Source: a virus
Strand: one strand, 5' to 3'
Length of the DNA: 64,000 nucleotides
IMG/VR virus record: IMGVR_UViG_3300025592_000986
The position numbers were made by a program, and so were the translations under genes. This document shows positions 1 to 8,776 of this stretch, piece by piece. The notes beneath the pieces are model-generated. The model was given only the letters and a program-made list of their open reading frames with translations, was not told the DNA's origin and did no database searches. The stretch's first letter is position 1. The number at the start of each line of letters is the position of its first letter.

Positions 1-1440
1 GACCTTAACAGCACCGATGTCACCACGATCTGCATCAGCAGTTACGCTTGCACGGAAACCGCTTGTGAACTCAAGAATGTTAGCGACCTCTGGAGAGCAA
101 ACAACAAAGTTTGCGCCGCCGCGAAGCGTCTTGCGGTGAATCTGAGCACTTACGTCATTGATCGTCTCAATGAGGGTCTCATACCACTCGCTAACAGTAC
201 CAGTGAAGTCAGGTGCCGCTGAAGCTGCACCAAGCTCATTTCCGTTGCTATCAACGAAGAGACCTGGAGCGCGTGACCAGTAGCGAGTACCGGCCTTAGC
301 ACCGACAATAAGATCACCAAGAATTTCCTGATCGATTTCAAGAGCAATTTGCTCAGAAAGAATGCCAGTTAATTCGACCTCGGCGTCAAGGTTGTGGTAA
401 GCATTGAGGTCCTGGCCAAGCTCAGGAGTCCATTTTGCTTTCAACTTCTTGGTCGTTGCGGTAACAGCGATACTGTCAACGCGGATGTCGATTTCTGGAA
501 TCGCTTCGCCGCCTTGTAGGATCTGCCCAGGCATTGAAGGATCTGAAACACCTGCACCTTCGAAAGGCATACCGGCGACATCTACTGCACCAACAGTATC
601 AGCAGCACCGAGTGTGTCCTTCTTAGGGTAGGTAATGCTTACTGCATCGGTGTTGACACCTGCGTCAGTAGCGTGGGTGAAGACGACGTTAACTCCACCA
701 TCAGTAGCGAAAGAAGTAAGTCTTCTAACCTGGGAAGCCTGATGAGAGTCAACAGAAGCACTTAATGCGAAAAGATTATTATCGTTAAGATCCGCTGGAA
801 CGCTCCCTACTGGAATCTTAAGAACAGAAATAACATCAGATGCTGCAAGAACGTCCGGGTCGAATCGAATGCTTTTCTTTTGCGCCTCTGTCAACGAAGC
901 AACAGCAACGTTTTCAAGAGCAGTATCAGCAGCAGCTACGTTAATAGCCGCAGATGAACCTGTAGCAGTCGTGTAACCTGTACCCAAGTTGTAAAAACCG
1001 CCGCCGTCGCCAGGATGAGATAAATTAACACCACCAGTCAACTGCGAAGCAATTACTCTACCACCATAGATAGATTCTTTTGTAACAGAAGCAGCCTTCG
1101 TGCTGTTGGTTTCAAAGTCCAAGAAGAAAATCAATCCACTTGGAAGACTCATAGGCTGAACGCTTACGAGATCGTTTGCAATCAATCCACCGAATACACG
1201 ACGAACGATTGGGAAAGCAACTGATGCGAAACCTTCGACATCACCTGCAGCCATTGATGAAGCTTCGCGAAGAAGCTCTTTAGCCTGATTCTCAAGGAGA
1301 ACGGCCATTGTATTTTGGGCTCTTTCACCAGTTAATCCTTCAAGAAGACCAGTCTTTTCCCACTTATTGAGAAGAGCAGTACCTTCCTTCTGGACATCGC
1401 GATGAACGATACCTTCAGTTAATGTTTGTAAAACAGACAT
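1..1440 (-). CDS. gp23: Major capsid protein, T4 gp23-like (3' end outside window)
   Basis: Missing from the ORF track. Manual translation from ATG at 1440 (SD AGGAGG upstream): MSVLQTLTEG...KWEKTGLLEG...LLENQAKELLRE...FPIVRRVFGGLIANDLVSVQPMSLPSGLIFFLDF...KLKAKWTPELGQDLNAYHNLDAEVELTGILSEQIALEIDQEI...RGGANFVVCSPEVANILE, all gp23-family motifs; frame runs to position 1. Confidence 0.96.
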   Translation of the reverse strand, partial: MSVLQTLTEGIVHRDVQKEGTALLNKWEKTGLLEGLTGERAQNTMAVLLENQAKELLREASSMAAGDVEGFASVAFPIVRRVFGGLIANDLVSVQPMSLPSGLIFFLDFETNSTKAASVTKESIYGGRVIASQLTGGVNLSHPGDGGGFYNLGTGYTTATGSSAAINVAAADTALENVAVASLTEAQKKSIRFDPDVLAASDVISVLKIPVGSVPADLNDNNLFALSASVDSHQASQVRRLTSFATDGGVNVVFTHATDAGVNTDAVSITYPKKDTLGAADTVGAVDVAGMPFEGAGVSDPSMPGQILQGGEAIPEIDIRVDSIAVTATTKKLKAKWTPELGQDLNAYHNLDAEVELTGILSEQIALEIDQEILGDLIVGAKAGTRYWSRAPGLFVDSNGNELGAASAAPDFTGTVSEWYETLIETINDVSAQIHRKTLRGGANFVVCSPEVANILEFTSGFRASVTADADRGDIGAVKV

Positions 1441-1454
1441 GTTATAGTAACCTC

Positions 1455-2537
1455 CTAATTATTTTTTTTATTATTGATGCCAGCTAAACGCTGCATCCGC
1501 TCAGAAAAGATATCATCATCTTTCTTGTGTTCTTTTCTTTGCGAGTTCAAAATTAGAGAAGAATTTCTACTGACTGCTTCGCTCAGTGATTTCGGTACGG
1601 AAGGAGCTTCTGTACTACCCACGGTGCTTTGAAGAGTTTCATAAATAACCTTCGCTTCTTTTGGTGTTTCTGCCTTTGAAATAGCTTCGACAAGTTTTCT
1701 TCTTTGTCGCTCATTCAGGGAGTCGCTCTCCAAGGTCTTGTTAATATAAAGTAGTTTCGCATTTGAAACATTCACGATTTCAACTTTCTCCTTCAATAGA
1801 AGTACGGCATCGACGTATTTTTTGTTTTCTTTTGCTAACTTGATTTGCTTTGATTTGTGTAATTTAATAGACTCTTGGAGTTCTTCGATCGTAGACTTGA
1901 GTGCATCCATTTCTTCGGCGACCTCTTCGTCTTGGCGCTTAGCCAACTCCATTGCCTCCATCTCTTTCATCTCTGACTCTGGCCTGTTCATATGGCCGCT
2001 CATCTGAGGTTCGATATCGACTGACAGTTTTTCCATAATCTGATCTACAATAGATTGTTCAAGGTCAATCTCTTCGTCAATATCGTCATCTTCCAACATA
2101 GGAGAAGCGGTGGCGGTGAGATCAACATCAGGAGTCGCTTGAGACATTTCTGGTGCAGCGTCAATTGCAGGTTCTAGATTTGTAGCAAGCTCGTCGCTAG
2201 TCATATCCGGTTCTGGCAATTCACCCATCTCTTCTTCATAGTCTCTTATTCTTTGCTTCAGTTGCGGAAGATCAATAACTATAGGCGTGTCTTCGTCGGC
2301 GACTTCGCTCTCCAAATTATCTGGTAGATCTTCTGCTGTTGCTAATGGAATTTCGTCCAACGAAGGATCAAACTCTTGATCGCCCTCGTCTTCGAGCCCA
2401 TCTTCTTCCAAAATAGAAGAAACGGCTTCCTTGATTTGATCAGAATACTTCTCTACAATCATTGCTTCGGCGTTCTTGATTGCCGATTCCCTGAGTGCGT
2501 TCGCGTCAATTATTGCTTGTTCTAACATGGATGACAT
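1455..2537 (-). CDS. Prohead core/scaffolding protein (gp22-like)
   Basis: Very acidic coiled-coil 360-aa protein directly upstream of the MCP; C-terminal RMQRLAGI; many (L/I)xE motifs. Confidence 0.75.
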   Translation of the reverse strand: MSSMLEQAIIDANALRESAIKNAEAMIVEKYSDQIKEAVSSILEEDGLEDEGDQEFDPSLDEIPLATAEDLPDNLESEVADEDTPIVIDLPQLKQRIRDYEEEMGELPEPDMTSDELATNLEPAIDAAPEMSQATPDVDLTATASPMLEDDDIDEEIDLEQSIVDQIMEKLSVDIEPQMSGHMNRPESEMKEMEAMELAKRQDEEVAEEMDALKSTIEELQESIKLHKSKQIKLAKENKKYVDAVLLLKEKVEIVNVSNAKLLYINKTLESDSLNERQRRKLVEAISKAETPKEAKVIYETLQSTVGSTEAPSVPKSLSEAVSRNSSLILNSQRKEHKKDDDIFSERMQRLAGINNKKNN

Positions 2538-2570
2538 ATACTTACCCCTTAAATGAAAAAATTCTCACTA

Positions 2571-2580
2571 ATAAATAGTA
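2571..2580 (-). promoter_or_regulatory. Putative late promoter motif TACTATTTAT
   Basis: Intergenic, about 35 nt upstream of the scaffold ATG; motif recurs before other structural genes. Confidence 0.55.
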
Positions 2581-2625
2581 AGCATAAATGCTAAATGACT
2601 GTAAAAATTGTAGGTACAAGTAGTA

Positions 2626-2790
2626 CTATACGCCTTGAGGGGCGTGCCTTAGTGATGGGCGACCGACAATTCCGAATATAAAAGGCAAGTCTTCCTGCTT
2701 TTGGTCGACTTGAACTTTGGTAACTGCATCGTTATTCTTAAAAGTCTGGATGGTAAAATCAGCATCTACTTGTTTTTTTGGTCGTCTCAT
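2626..2790 (-). CDS. Small hypothetical protein, 54 aa (MRRPKKQVDADFTIQTF...PFIFGIVGRPSLRHAPQGV)
   Basis: Below the ORF track cutoff; ATG at 2790 preceded by TAGGAG SD; fills the gap between paralog and scaffold. Confidence 0.6.
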   Translation of the reverse strand: MRRPKKQVDADFTIQTFKNNDAVTKVQVDQKQEDLPFIFGIVGRPSLRHAPQGV

Positions 2791-2799
2791 AGCCTACTC

Positions 2800-3246
2800 C
2801 TAAAAAGTTGATCCGGCGGCGAAGACATCTACATCGGCGTCCGTACCCACAAAGGCCACTCGGTCGATGCCGACAATATGATATAAACGATACTCTCTGT
2901 CATCGGGGGTTTGATCGGCAGGGGCGGCACCAGAATCTCCAACCACGATTGATGCTGCTGTCGCGGCGGAGTTGGCGGAAGCTAGATTAGTCTCAGGTAT
3001 CTCAAACCAGCGCTGAAAAGCGTGACAGTACCCAAACACTGTTACAGTCAAAGACGTCGACTCATTCGTGTCTGTGACTAAGACGTGTAAAAACCTTTGG
3101 TTCTCCGTAGCATAACCAGCAGTAGATGCGGTGACACCTTTTAGAGTGTTCGGATTTGCAAGAACTGCCACTGGTGTTCCGTTGGAACCTGCCAAATTTT
3201 TAGGGCCTCTCGTGCGACCCCAGCTTGTATTTTTATAAACTGACAT
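2800..3246 (-). CDS. Hypothetical virion protein, tandem paralog B (148 aa)
   Basis: Start reassigned to MSVYKNTSWGRTRGPKN at 3246 (GGAG SD; same N-terminus as the upstream paralog). Confidence 0.75.
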   Translation of the reverse strand: MSVYKNTSWGRTRGPKNLAGSNGTPVAVLANPNTLKGVTASTAGYATENQRFLHVLVTDTNESTSLTVTVFGYCHAFQRWFEIPETNLASANSAATAASIVVGDSGAAPADQTPDDREYRLYHIVGIDRVAFVGTDADVDVFAAGSTF

Positions 3247-3722
3247 TATATAGTCTCCTAAAAAGTTGAACAAGCAGCAAAGATGTTAACCCTTGCTGCG
3301 TTTGCGTTGACGAATGCCACCCTGTCAATTCCAGCTATTTCATATATCCTCTGTTCTCTTGCCGAGGGGACGTGGTTCGCTGGAGTTGTTGAAGAGTTCG
3401 GCGGGTCTATCGATGCTGCTGTGGCGGCGGTGTTAGCCGAAGCTAGATTGGTCTCGGGTATCTCGAACCATCTTTGGAAAGCGTGACAGTATCCAAAGAT
3501 AGTTGTTGCTGTAGCATTCGTGTCGCCGCCGTCGTTTGTTTCTTCTATCAAGACGTGAAGATATCTTTGGTTTTCTGTTGCATACCCCGCAGTGGAGGCT
3601 ACGATGCCAACAAGAGTTGAAGTGTCCGCCAGAGCCGTGATTTCACCACCCTGCGAGCCCGCAACATTCTTTGGGCCCCTTGTTCGACCCCAGCTTGTGT
3701 TTTTATAAACTGACATTATATA
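3215..3722. repeat. Direct repeat from tandem duplication (38 nt, 1 mismatch: 3215-3252 and 3685-3722)
   Basis: cgaccccagcttgt(a/g)tttttataaactgacattatata twice, 470 nt apart; ctcctaaaaagttga also repeated at 2797-2811 and 3255-3269. Confidence 0.85.
3258..3716 (-). CDS. Hypothetical virion protein, tandem paralog A (152 aa)
   Basis: Shares MSVYKNTSWGRTRGPKN, STAGYATENQR, FGYCHAFQRWFEIPETNLASAN and GIDRVAFV blocks with 2800..3246. Confidence 0.75.
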   Translation of the reverse strand: MSVYKNTSWGRTRGPKNVAGSQGGEITALADTSTLVGIVASTAGYATENQRYLHVLIEETNDGGDTNATATTIFGYCHAFQRWFEIPETNLASANTAATAASIDPPNSSTTPANHVPSAREQRIYEIAGIDRVAFVNANAARVNIFAACSTF

Positions 3723-3744
3723 ATCCTTCGTTATTCATACATAG

Positions 3745-3966
3745 TTAATACTTGTTTCTCTTTGCAGTATCTTCTTGAGAAAGTCTACGCTTTGTTCGTT
3801 TTTTGATTCTTTTCTTTTCAGACTTGCTGATAAAATATTTCTTCTCTCTAAGGAGGTCAATTAAACCCGCTTTCTTCACTTTTTTTGAAAACTTTCTTAT
3901 CAGGATATCATTTTCATCTAGACTTCTACTGTCGGACTCAACCGAAACATTTACTGCTTTTCCCAT
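3745..3966 (-). CDS. rpsU: Phage-encoded 30S ribosomal protein bS21
   Basis: 73 aa, highly basic; LIRKFSKKVKKAGLIDLLREKKYFISKSEKKR matches the bS21 pattern LRRFKR...G...E.R.R..Y.KPS..R. Confidence 0.85.
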   Translation of the reverse strand: MGKAVNVSVESDSRSLDENDILIRKFSKKVKKAGLIDLLREKKYFISKSEKKRIKKRTKRRLSQEDTAKRNKY

Positions 3967-3984
3967 CTTTACCTTCTTTCTTGC

Positions 3985-4395
3985 TTAAATTAAGTTTTTC
4001 CAGCGTGCGCCGCCGATTTTCAATATTCCATCTATGTTTATGCCTGGATCTTCAGGTGCTACGTCCGCCAAGGGGTTTGCTCCAGGTTGTGATTTGCTGG
4101 AAGACCTTAGCGGCTTCACGTCCTCAAAAATGTTTACACCGTTGTAACCATCAGAACCGATAGCCTTTGCCATTCGGTCTTTCGTCTCTTTTAGCTGTTG
4201 CCTCTTTTTCGTTTCCGCGAGGTGCTGGCTGACAGGCTCTTGCTTCAGGGATATGGATTCATCTATTCTAGAAGCCCCAAGACCTTGAACCACTTCAGAA
4301 ACAATGTTGGATAGCATCCCCTCTTCTAGGATAACCTCCTTTATACACTGTTTTATCAAGGGCTTCAATATCGTCTTCAGTTCGCTACTTTTCAT
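3985..4395 (-). CDS. Hypothetical head-module protein
   Basis: 136-aa ORF, ATGA overlap with protease stop; N-terminal MKSSELKTILKPLIKQCIKEVILEE motif. Confidence 0.7.
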   Translation of the reverse strand: MKSSELKTILKPLIKQCIKEVILEEGMLSNIVSEVVQGLGASRIDESISLKQEPVSQHLAETKKRQQLKETKDRMAKAIGSDGYNGVNIFEDVKPLRSSSKSQPGANPLADVAPEDPGINIDGILKIGGARWKNLI

Positions 4396-4988
4396 AGTTT
4401 CGTCCTTAGTATATTTTCGATTAGATTGTTTATCTTAACTTTCTCGTTGTTGACCTCTAACTCCTTGCCCTCTTTCACCATGTAGGCACCAGGGGTTGAT
4501 GGGTCAGCGACCATATCAAAGCAGATTAATTGAAAGTCGTCTTCCACCATAGTGACCCCGTTACTCTCAGTAACAGAGCCCATACCCCTAGAGGATATGC
4601 CGCAAGGAACACGAGCGTGTATGAGACTTTCCAAGATCTTTCCGGCCGGGGTTTGCAGCACTTCAATCTTGCCCATACACTTATTGCCTTCCATCCAAAT
4701 GTCTGTCACCAGGTGCGAGCAGTTTTGCAAATTAACAACTCCAGACTCGGGATGATCAAGTTCCCCTAAAGCTCGGCGGCCCTTAACGGACTCCTTGTAC
4801 CTCTCGACTTCTCTTTCTAGAATCGCGTGGGGATAGACTCTACCGTTACCGTTTTGCCTTTCTGACATTTGCATAACGCCCGAAAGTATAGTAGCTCCGT
4901 TTGCAACTCTCTCTTTCTCAGCTTCCGTGAGATAGTCTTGGCAGACGCCGCCTTCGCAAAGTTCGTAATATTCTCTTAATAACTTCAT
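4392..4988 (-). CDS. gp21: Prohead maturation protease (T4 gp21-like)
   Basis: NGNGRVYP, ALGELDHP, GISSRGMGSV and FDMVADPSTPGA motifs; likely start MKLLRE at 4988 with GGAG SD (in-frame ATG also at 5024). Confidence 0.93.
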   Translation of the reverse strand: MKLLREYYELCEGGVCQDYLTEAEKERVANGATILSGVMQMSERQNGNGRVYPHAILEREVERYKESVKGRRALGELDHPESGVVNLQNCSHLVTDIWMEGNKCMGKIEVLQTPAGKILESLIHARVPCGISSRGMGSVTESNGVTMVEDDFQLICFDMVADPSTPGAYMVKEGKELEVNNEKVKINNLIENILRTKL

Positions 4989-5004
4989 CAATCGTTCTCC
5001 AGTA

Positions 5005-5019
5005 GCGGGGGCGACCCGC
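5005..5019 (-). other. GC-rich hairpin GCGGG-TCGCC-CCCGC between an amber stop and the protease SD
   Basis: Perfect 5-bp GC stem starting 5 nt downstream of the TAG at 5025-5027; no U-tract. Confidence 0.5.
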
Positions 5020-5024
5020 ATCAT

Positions 5025-5090
5025 CTATGAGCCTTTACAGCAATTCGCTACAGGTCTGATCATCCATCTAATTTTTGTTAATGGTCTCAT
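5025..5090 (-). CDS. 21-aa peptide MRPLTKIRWMIRPVANCCKGS
   Basis: Strong SD AAGGAG, ATGA overlap with the upstream stop, TAG stop in frame with the protease ORF. Confidence 0.55.
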   Translation of the reverse strand: MRPLTKIRWMIRPVANCCKGS

Positions 5091-5407
5091 TTTAACTCCT
5101 TACCAACGTGGATTACTTTCTCCACTTTTATACCATTGTCATCAAAGACGACACCAAGCATATAAGATACAGCCGAGCTTGTGCTGGCGCAAAGAAAGGC
5201 TGTCACATATGAACTGTCAAGATTAATTAGTTGTGTATAGGAGGATAAGTACCATAAAAATATTCCAACCCAAAAGCCGGTGCACATCGTGCAATTAAGA
5301 AGTTTTCCAAAAAAACCCTTAGAAGGCCTAACCTTGTCAAATATCTTTCCATATACAATGATTTGTGTTGCGCCGTAAGATGAAAGGCAGAACCAGAGCA
5401 AGTCCAC
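5087..5407 (-). CDS. Small membrane protein with CxxC (DUF1360-like)
   Basis: Three hydrophobic segments; GKLLNCTMCTGFWVG resembles the DUF1360 L..C..C.xxW motif. Confidence 0.65.
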   Translation of the reverse strand: MDLLWFCLSSYGATQIIVYGKIFDKVRPSKGFFGKLLNCTMCTGFWVGIFLWYLSSYTQLINLDSSYVTAFLCASTSSAVSYMLGVVFDDNGIKVEKVIHVGKELK

Positions 5408-6012
5408 TATTTTTGTCCTTCCCTCAACAGGGAATACATATACTGATATCCGTACGGTCGAGTTCTGTGGTCTAGTGAGCCCTTCGTATCTGATTGTGGT
5501 ACTTCACCAAGTTCTGTTGAGTCTTCTTCATCTGGATCCAAATGATAAGTCATTAAGTCGTGTTGCAGATGCTTCCTGGCCAAAATGTCTGGCCTTTCTT
5601 CTTCCATAAAGAGGCTTACTGCAAAGAGTGCGCTCTGGACCTCGTCTACACCATTTATGACTGATTCATGTAACTTGCATTCCAGAGAAGAATAAACGTT
5701 GCCGCCCTGTACATCCCCTTGGTCTATCACGCCCTTCTTGTAAAGGAATTGAAAAAACCTGTTTTGAACTGGATATGTTTCTCGTTGGACCATATCCTTG
5801 GGGAAGACTACCACCTTCTTTTTGGACGGAGAGACGACGACATCAATTAGATCGTGTTCGTAAACCATAATATCGCCGTTCAATGCGCGGCGGGCTAACA
5901 TCTCCACTTTTGTAGCTTCGTCTTTTAGTATCTTTATTTTTATTGCACCAGATGCTCCAAGGCCTTCTTGCGACAGAGCGTCGTCTGGAACTATCTTTAT
6001 GTTAACTGACAT
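5407..6012 (-). CDS. Hypothetical head-module protein
   Basis: Long ORF within the operon; ATG at 6012 (MSVNIKI) preferred over TTG at 6021. Confidence 0.7.
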   Translation of the reverse strand: MSVNIKIVPDDALSQEGLGASGAIKIKILKDEATKVEMLARRALNGDIMVYEHDLIDVVVSPSKKKVVVFPKDMVQRETYPVQNRFFQFLYKKGVIDQGDVQGGNVYSSLECKLHESVINGVDEVQSALFAVSLFMEEERPDILARKHLQHDLMTYHLDPDEEDSTELGEVPQSDTKGSLDHRTRPYGYQYMYSLLREGQK

Positions 6013-6826
6013 AGCTTTCAATCTCTTTCTTAAGTTGCTGAACCTTTAAGACCTTTTCAACCATACCGTTAGTAACTTCTTCGTTGGCCATTGCCTCAAG
6101 AGACGAGACGACTTCCGATACTCTATTCTTTAAGTCCTCGTTTTCTATTTTAGTTCCGACTTCTCTCAGACTAGACTTCAAATCTCCAACCTCTTCATTC
6201 AAAAACATCTTTAGCTCAAGGCCGCCGTCGGCAAATGATGTAACGAATTTTGTCATAAGGCTTTTCTGAGATTCGGTTAACTCCTCGTGATACTTTTCGT
6301 TAAAGTTCTTGACGAAAGACCTGTATATCAGATTATTTATTGGGTGTTTTGGTTGGTGTGATTCTGCCTGTTGTCCCTTTATTGCAGACTTTATTAAACT
6401 CTGTTCCAAGAGGACCTTACTCTTGATGGAGGTCGAACTATTGAAAATTGAGTAAATTGTTGCAAGGTTTTTGTAATTCGGCACGAAGTTATCGTAAACG
6501 TTTACTCCAAGTTGCTTGTTTATCTTCTCAATCATTTCAGATTGTTCTTTAAAGATAGCGTCCTGATCAAGCTTTGAGTGTTGGATCTTTGCTTCCATAA
6601 CAACCTTTTCGATTGTATCACTGGCAAGTTCTTCCAAACCAGTTAGACTATGGTAAGTGTCTAGTTCTTTTTTTAGATTTTTATTCCTTGAGAAGCTCTC
6701 TTTGATTATCTTGGTTATTTTAGTCTTCCTGCCTGTATCTTTCTTGATGATGCTCTTTGTCAACTCTCTGACCAGGACTTCATATATGAAAGCGGTATTT
6801 CTTTTTTTGTTATGCTTTATCTTCAT
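6002..6826 (-). CDS. Hypothetical alpha-helical protein downstream of portal
   Basis: 274 aa, MKIKHNKKRNTAFIYEVLVRE N-terminus; overlaps neighbouring genes. Confidence 0.75.
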   Translation of the reverse strand: MKIKHNKKRNTAFIYEVLVRELTKSIIKKDTGRKTKITKIIKESFSRNKNLKKELDTYHSLTGLEELASDTIEKVVMEAKIQHSKLDQDAIFKEQSEMIEKINKQLGVNVYDNFVPNYKNLATIYSIFNSSTSIKSKVLLEQSLIKSAIKGQQAESHQPKHPINNLIYRSFVKNFNEKYHEELTESQKSLMTKFVTSFADGGLELKMFLNEEVGDLKSSLREVGTKIENEDLKNRVSEVVSSLEAMANEEVTNGMVEKVLKVQQLKKEIESYVS

Positions 6827-8771
6827 TTTTGCCCCTCAACTCCAAATTCTCAATTAACTGCTTTAGCTCCTGTCCAACTTGGCCAATAATTGCTTCCTCG
6901 TTATTATAAGTAGTATCTTTGCGTTCATAAAGACTCTTCAATTCGTGGTAGCCCTTGTGTGTGTTTCTTCTAGAGGATGAAGCGATTGAGGCTCCTCCTT
7001 GAGCTAGTTGAGATCTGCGATGGGCACCTTGCGGGCGGCTATCGTTTTTTACGGGAGTGTATTCTTTCCTCCTCTTAGCCGGCGAGCGGCCCCTATTGTC
7101 CACACTATCGTCTCTCTTGCCAGGGGCTGCCAGTAAGCTACTCTCAGGATCATCAGAATCTGCAGCTACATCATCCAAGCCGGGTTCTTCCTGTCCGACC
7201 GTACCGGTTCCGCCTTCTGGCGCACCGGCATCATCAAGGTCAAGAGGATCTTCACCACCAGATGTTGGATCGTCAAAAGAACCTGCGCCAGTGATCTCAG
7301 CCTGAACTTGTTCGGCCACTGCTTCGAGGGTAGCCTCGAATTTTCTGTCATAGAACATCTCTCTCTGATTTCTGAGAAACTCTTCTTCTGACATATTGAA
7401 CATCTTGGTGGCAACCCACCTCTTACTAAAGTATCCCTCGGTTGCATTTGAGGCTGCGTCGAACTTGACCTTCCAATGTTCGAGTTCTTGTAACTCTGCT
7501 ATCTTAGATGGGTTTGACAAAGATATTTTGAAAGACGTGAGGTCAGCGCCCCTAAATCCAAGTATATAAAGGTGCACCAGCCCGACCTTTTCCAACTCCG
7601 TCACTACCGAGCGTTGCATTCTCTGGACAGTTCTAGCAAATCTTATATCTTTTTGAGCTAGCGTCGCCTTATCTTCTTCTGCGCCTTCAGTTGCGGAAAG
7701 GTATGATGGTGGTATTTTCAGTGCTGAAAAAAGCTTGTCGCGGAGATATTTAACATCGTCTATGTCTCCAGTATAGGTTCCACCCGGCAGTGTTTCTATT
7801 TTTGTGCTAACTCCGCCACGTACTGGTACAAAATAATCCTCATCTATAGACATCGGATTGTATCTTAAGTCAACCCTTCCTGTGTTCGGGTCAACAACTT
7901 GATGCCTCTTCATTTGTGTCATAACTTTTTGCATATATTGTTCAACATCTTGTGGTGCGATACCTCCAGTGTCGATGTAGAACACCCTTCTCTCTGGAGA
8001 TCTTACAATTCTATACGCCATCATAGCATCCTCAAGGAGAGTTAATTGACGCCAAATTCGTCGGGCAGGTTCGAGGGCGCTCGTCCCGTATGGTGCGTGT
8101 TTGTCGTTGCCCAGGATTCTAAAGTGAGCAATTTGCCAATTTTCGAAAGTCATTCCGGCACTATTCCATTGGTACTGAATATAGTTAGGATTTGATTTAT
8201 CCTCCCCTTCAAGACGTTCTATCTCTTGACCGGGTAAACCTATGCAACTTTTTATACCAAGGGTTTCATCGATGTCCATATATAAAAAGAAGTCTCCATA
8301 CTTGCACATCGTTCTTGACCAACCAAAGAGATTAAACTCGATGTTCATTATATTGTGATATAGAGAGTCAAGTATGTTTTTGATTTCGTCATTAGGACAA
8401 TCTATCGTAAGCAAAGGCTGCAAGTTAGAACTTGTGGTCATCTCATCTGCATAGATGTCAAGAGCAGAAGCGATCTCAGGTGTGTACTCCATCTGATCGA
8501 AGTCTACATATCTTTCAAGCCGGTTTTGATTGGCCATGACGCCAGCCATAAGATTGTCGAATGGATTATATTGGGTCTTTTTGAACTGCTGACCGCTCGC
8601 TGATTTGAATCTCTGTGCGTATTTGTCTAATTGTCGGCGTCGCAACCTTCTAGCTGTCTGGGTGCGGTGAACTACTAGTGGCCCAGAAAGCAACCTAGTC
8701 AAACTTTTAAATAAGCTGTTTTCTGGATTTCTGGTGTTGTTTGTGTTTATATTCTTTTTGTTAGAAGCCAT
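6810..8771 (-). CDS. gp20: Portal vertex protein (T4 gp20-like)
   Basis: PEIASALDIYADE, RRIWRQLTLLEDAMMAYRIVRSPERRVFYID, EDYFVPVRGG, IETLPGG, DIDDVKYLRDKLFSALKIP. Confidence 0.95.
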   Translation of the reverse strand: MASNKKNINTNNTRNPENSLFKSLTRLLSGPLVVHRTQTARRLRRRQLDKYAQRFKSASGQQFKKTQYNPFDNLMAGVMANQNRLERYVDFDQMEYTPEIASALDIYADEMTTSSNLQPLLTIDCPNDEIKNILDSLYHNIMNIEFNLFGWSRTMCKYGDFFLYMDIDETLGIKSCIGLPGQEIERLEGEDKSNPNYIQYQWNSAGMTFENWQIAHFRILGNDKHAPYGTSALEPARRIWRQLTLLEDAMMAYRIVRSPERRVFYIDTGGIAPQDVEQYMQKVMTQMKRHQVVDPNTGRVDLRYNPMSIDEDYFVPVRGGVSTKIETLPGGTYTGDIDDVKYLRDKLFSALKIPPSYLSATEGAEEDKATLAQKDIRFARTVQRMQRSVVTELEKVGLVHLYILGFRGADLTSFKISLSNPSKIAELQELEHWKVKFDAASNATEGYFSKRWVATKMFNMSEEEFLRNQREMFYDRKFEATLEAVAEQVQAEITGAGSFDDPTSGGEDPLDLDDAGAPEGGTGTVGQEEPGLDDVAADSDDPESSLLAAPGKRDDSVDNRGRSPAKRRKEYTPVKNDSRPQGAHRRSQLAQGGASIASSSRRNTHKGYHELKSLYERKDTTYNNEEAIIGQVGQELKQLIENLELRGKNEDKA

Positions 8772-8776
8772 CAGTT

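Noticed and set aside
3215-3722. Repeats as a CRISPR array or DGR template/variable pair
   Set aside because: Only two copies, both coding; no adenine-specific mismatch pattern evident and no reverse transcriptase or cas gene in the window
5005-5027. SECIS element or rho-independent terminator
   Set aside because: The stop is TAG rather than TGA, and no U-tract follows the stem
5085-5100. -1 frameshift fusing the DUF1360-like protein to the CC peptide
   Set aside because: The junction G TTA AAA TGA is not a canonical X XXY YYZ slippery site, and the peptide has its own SD
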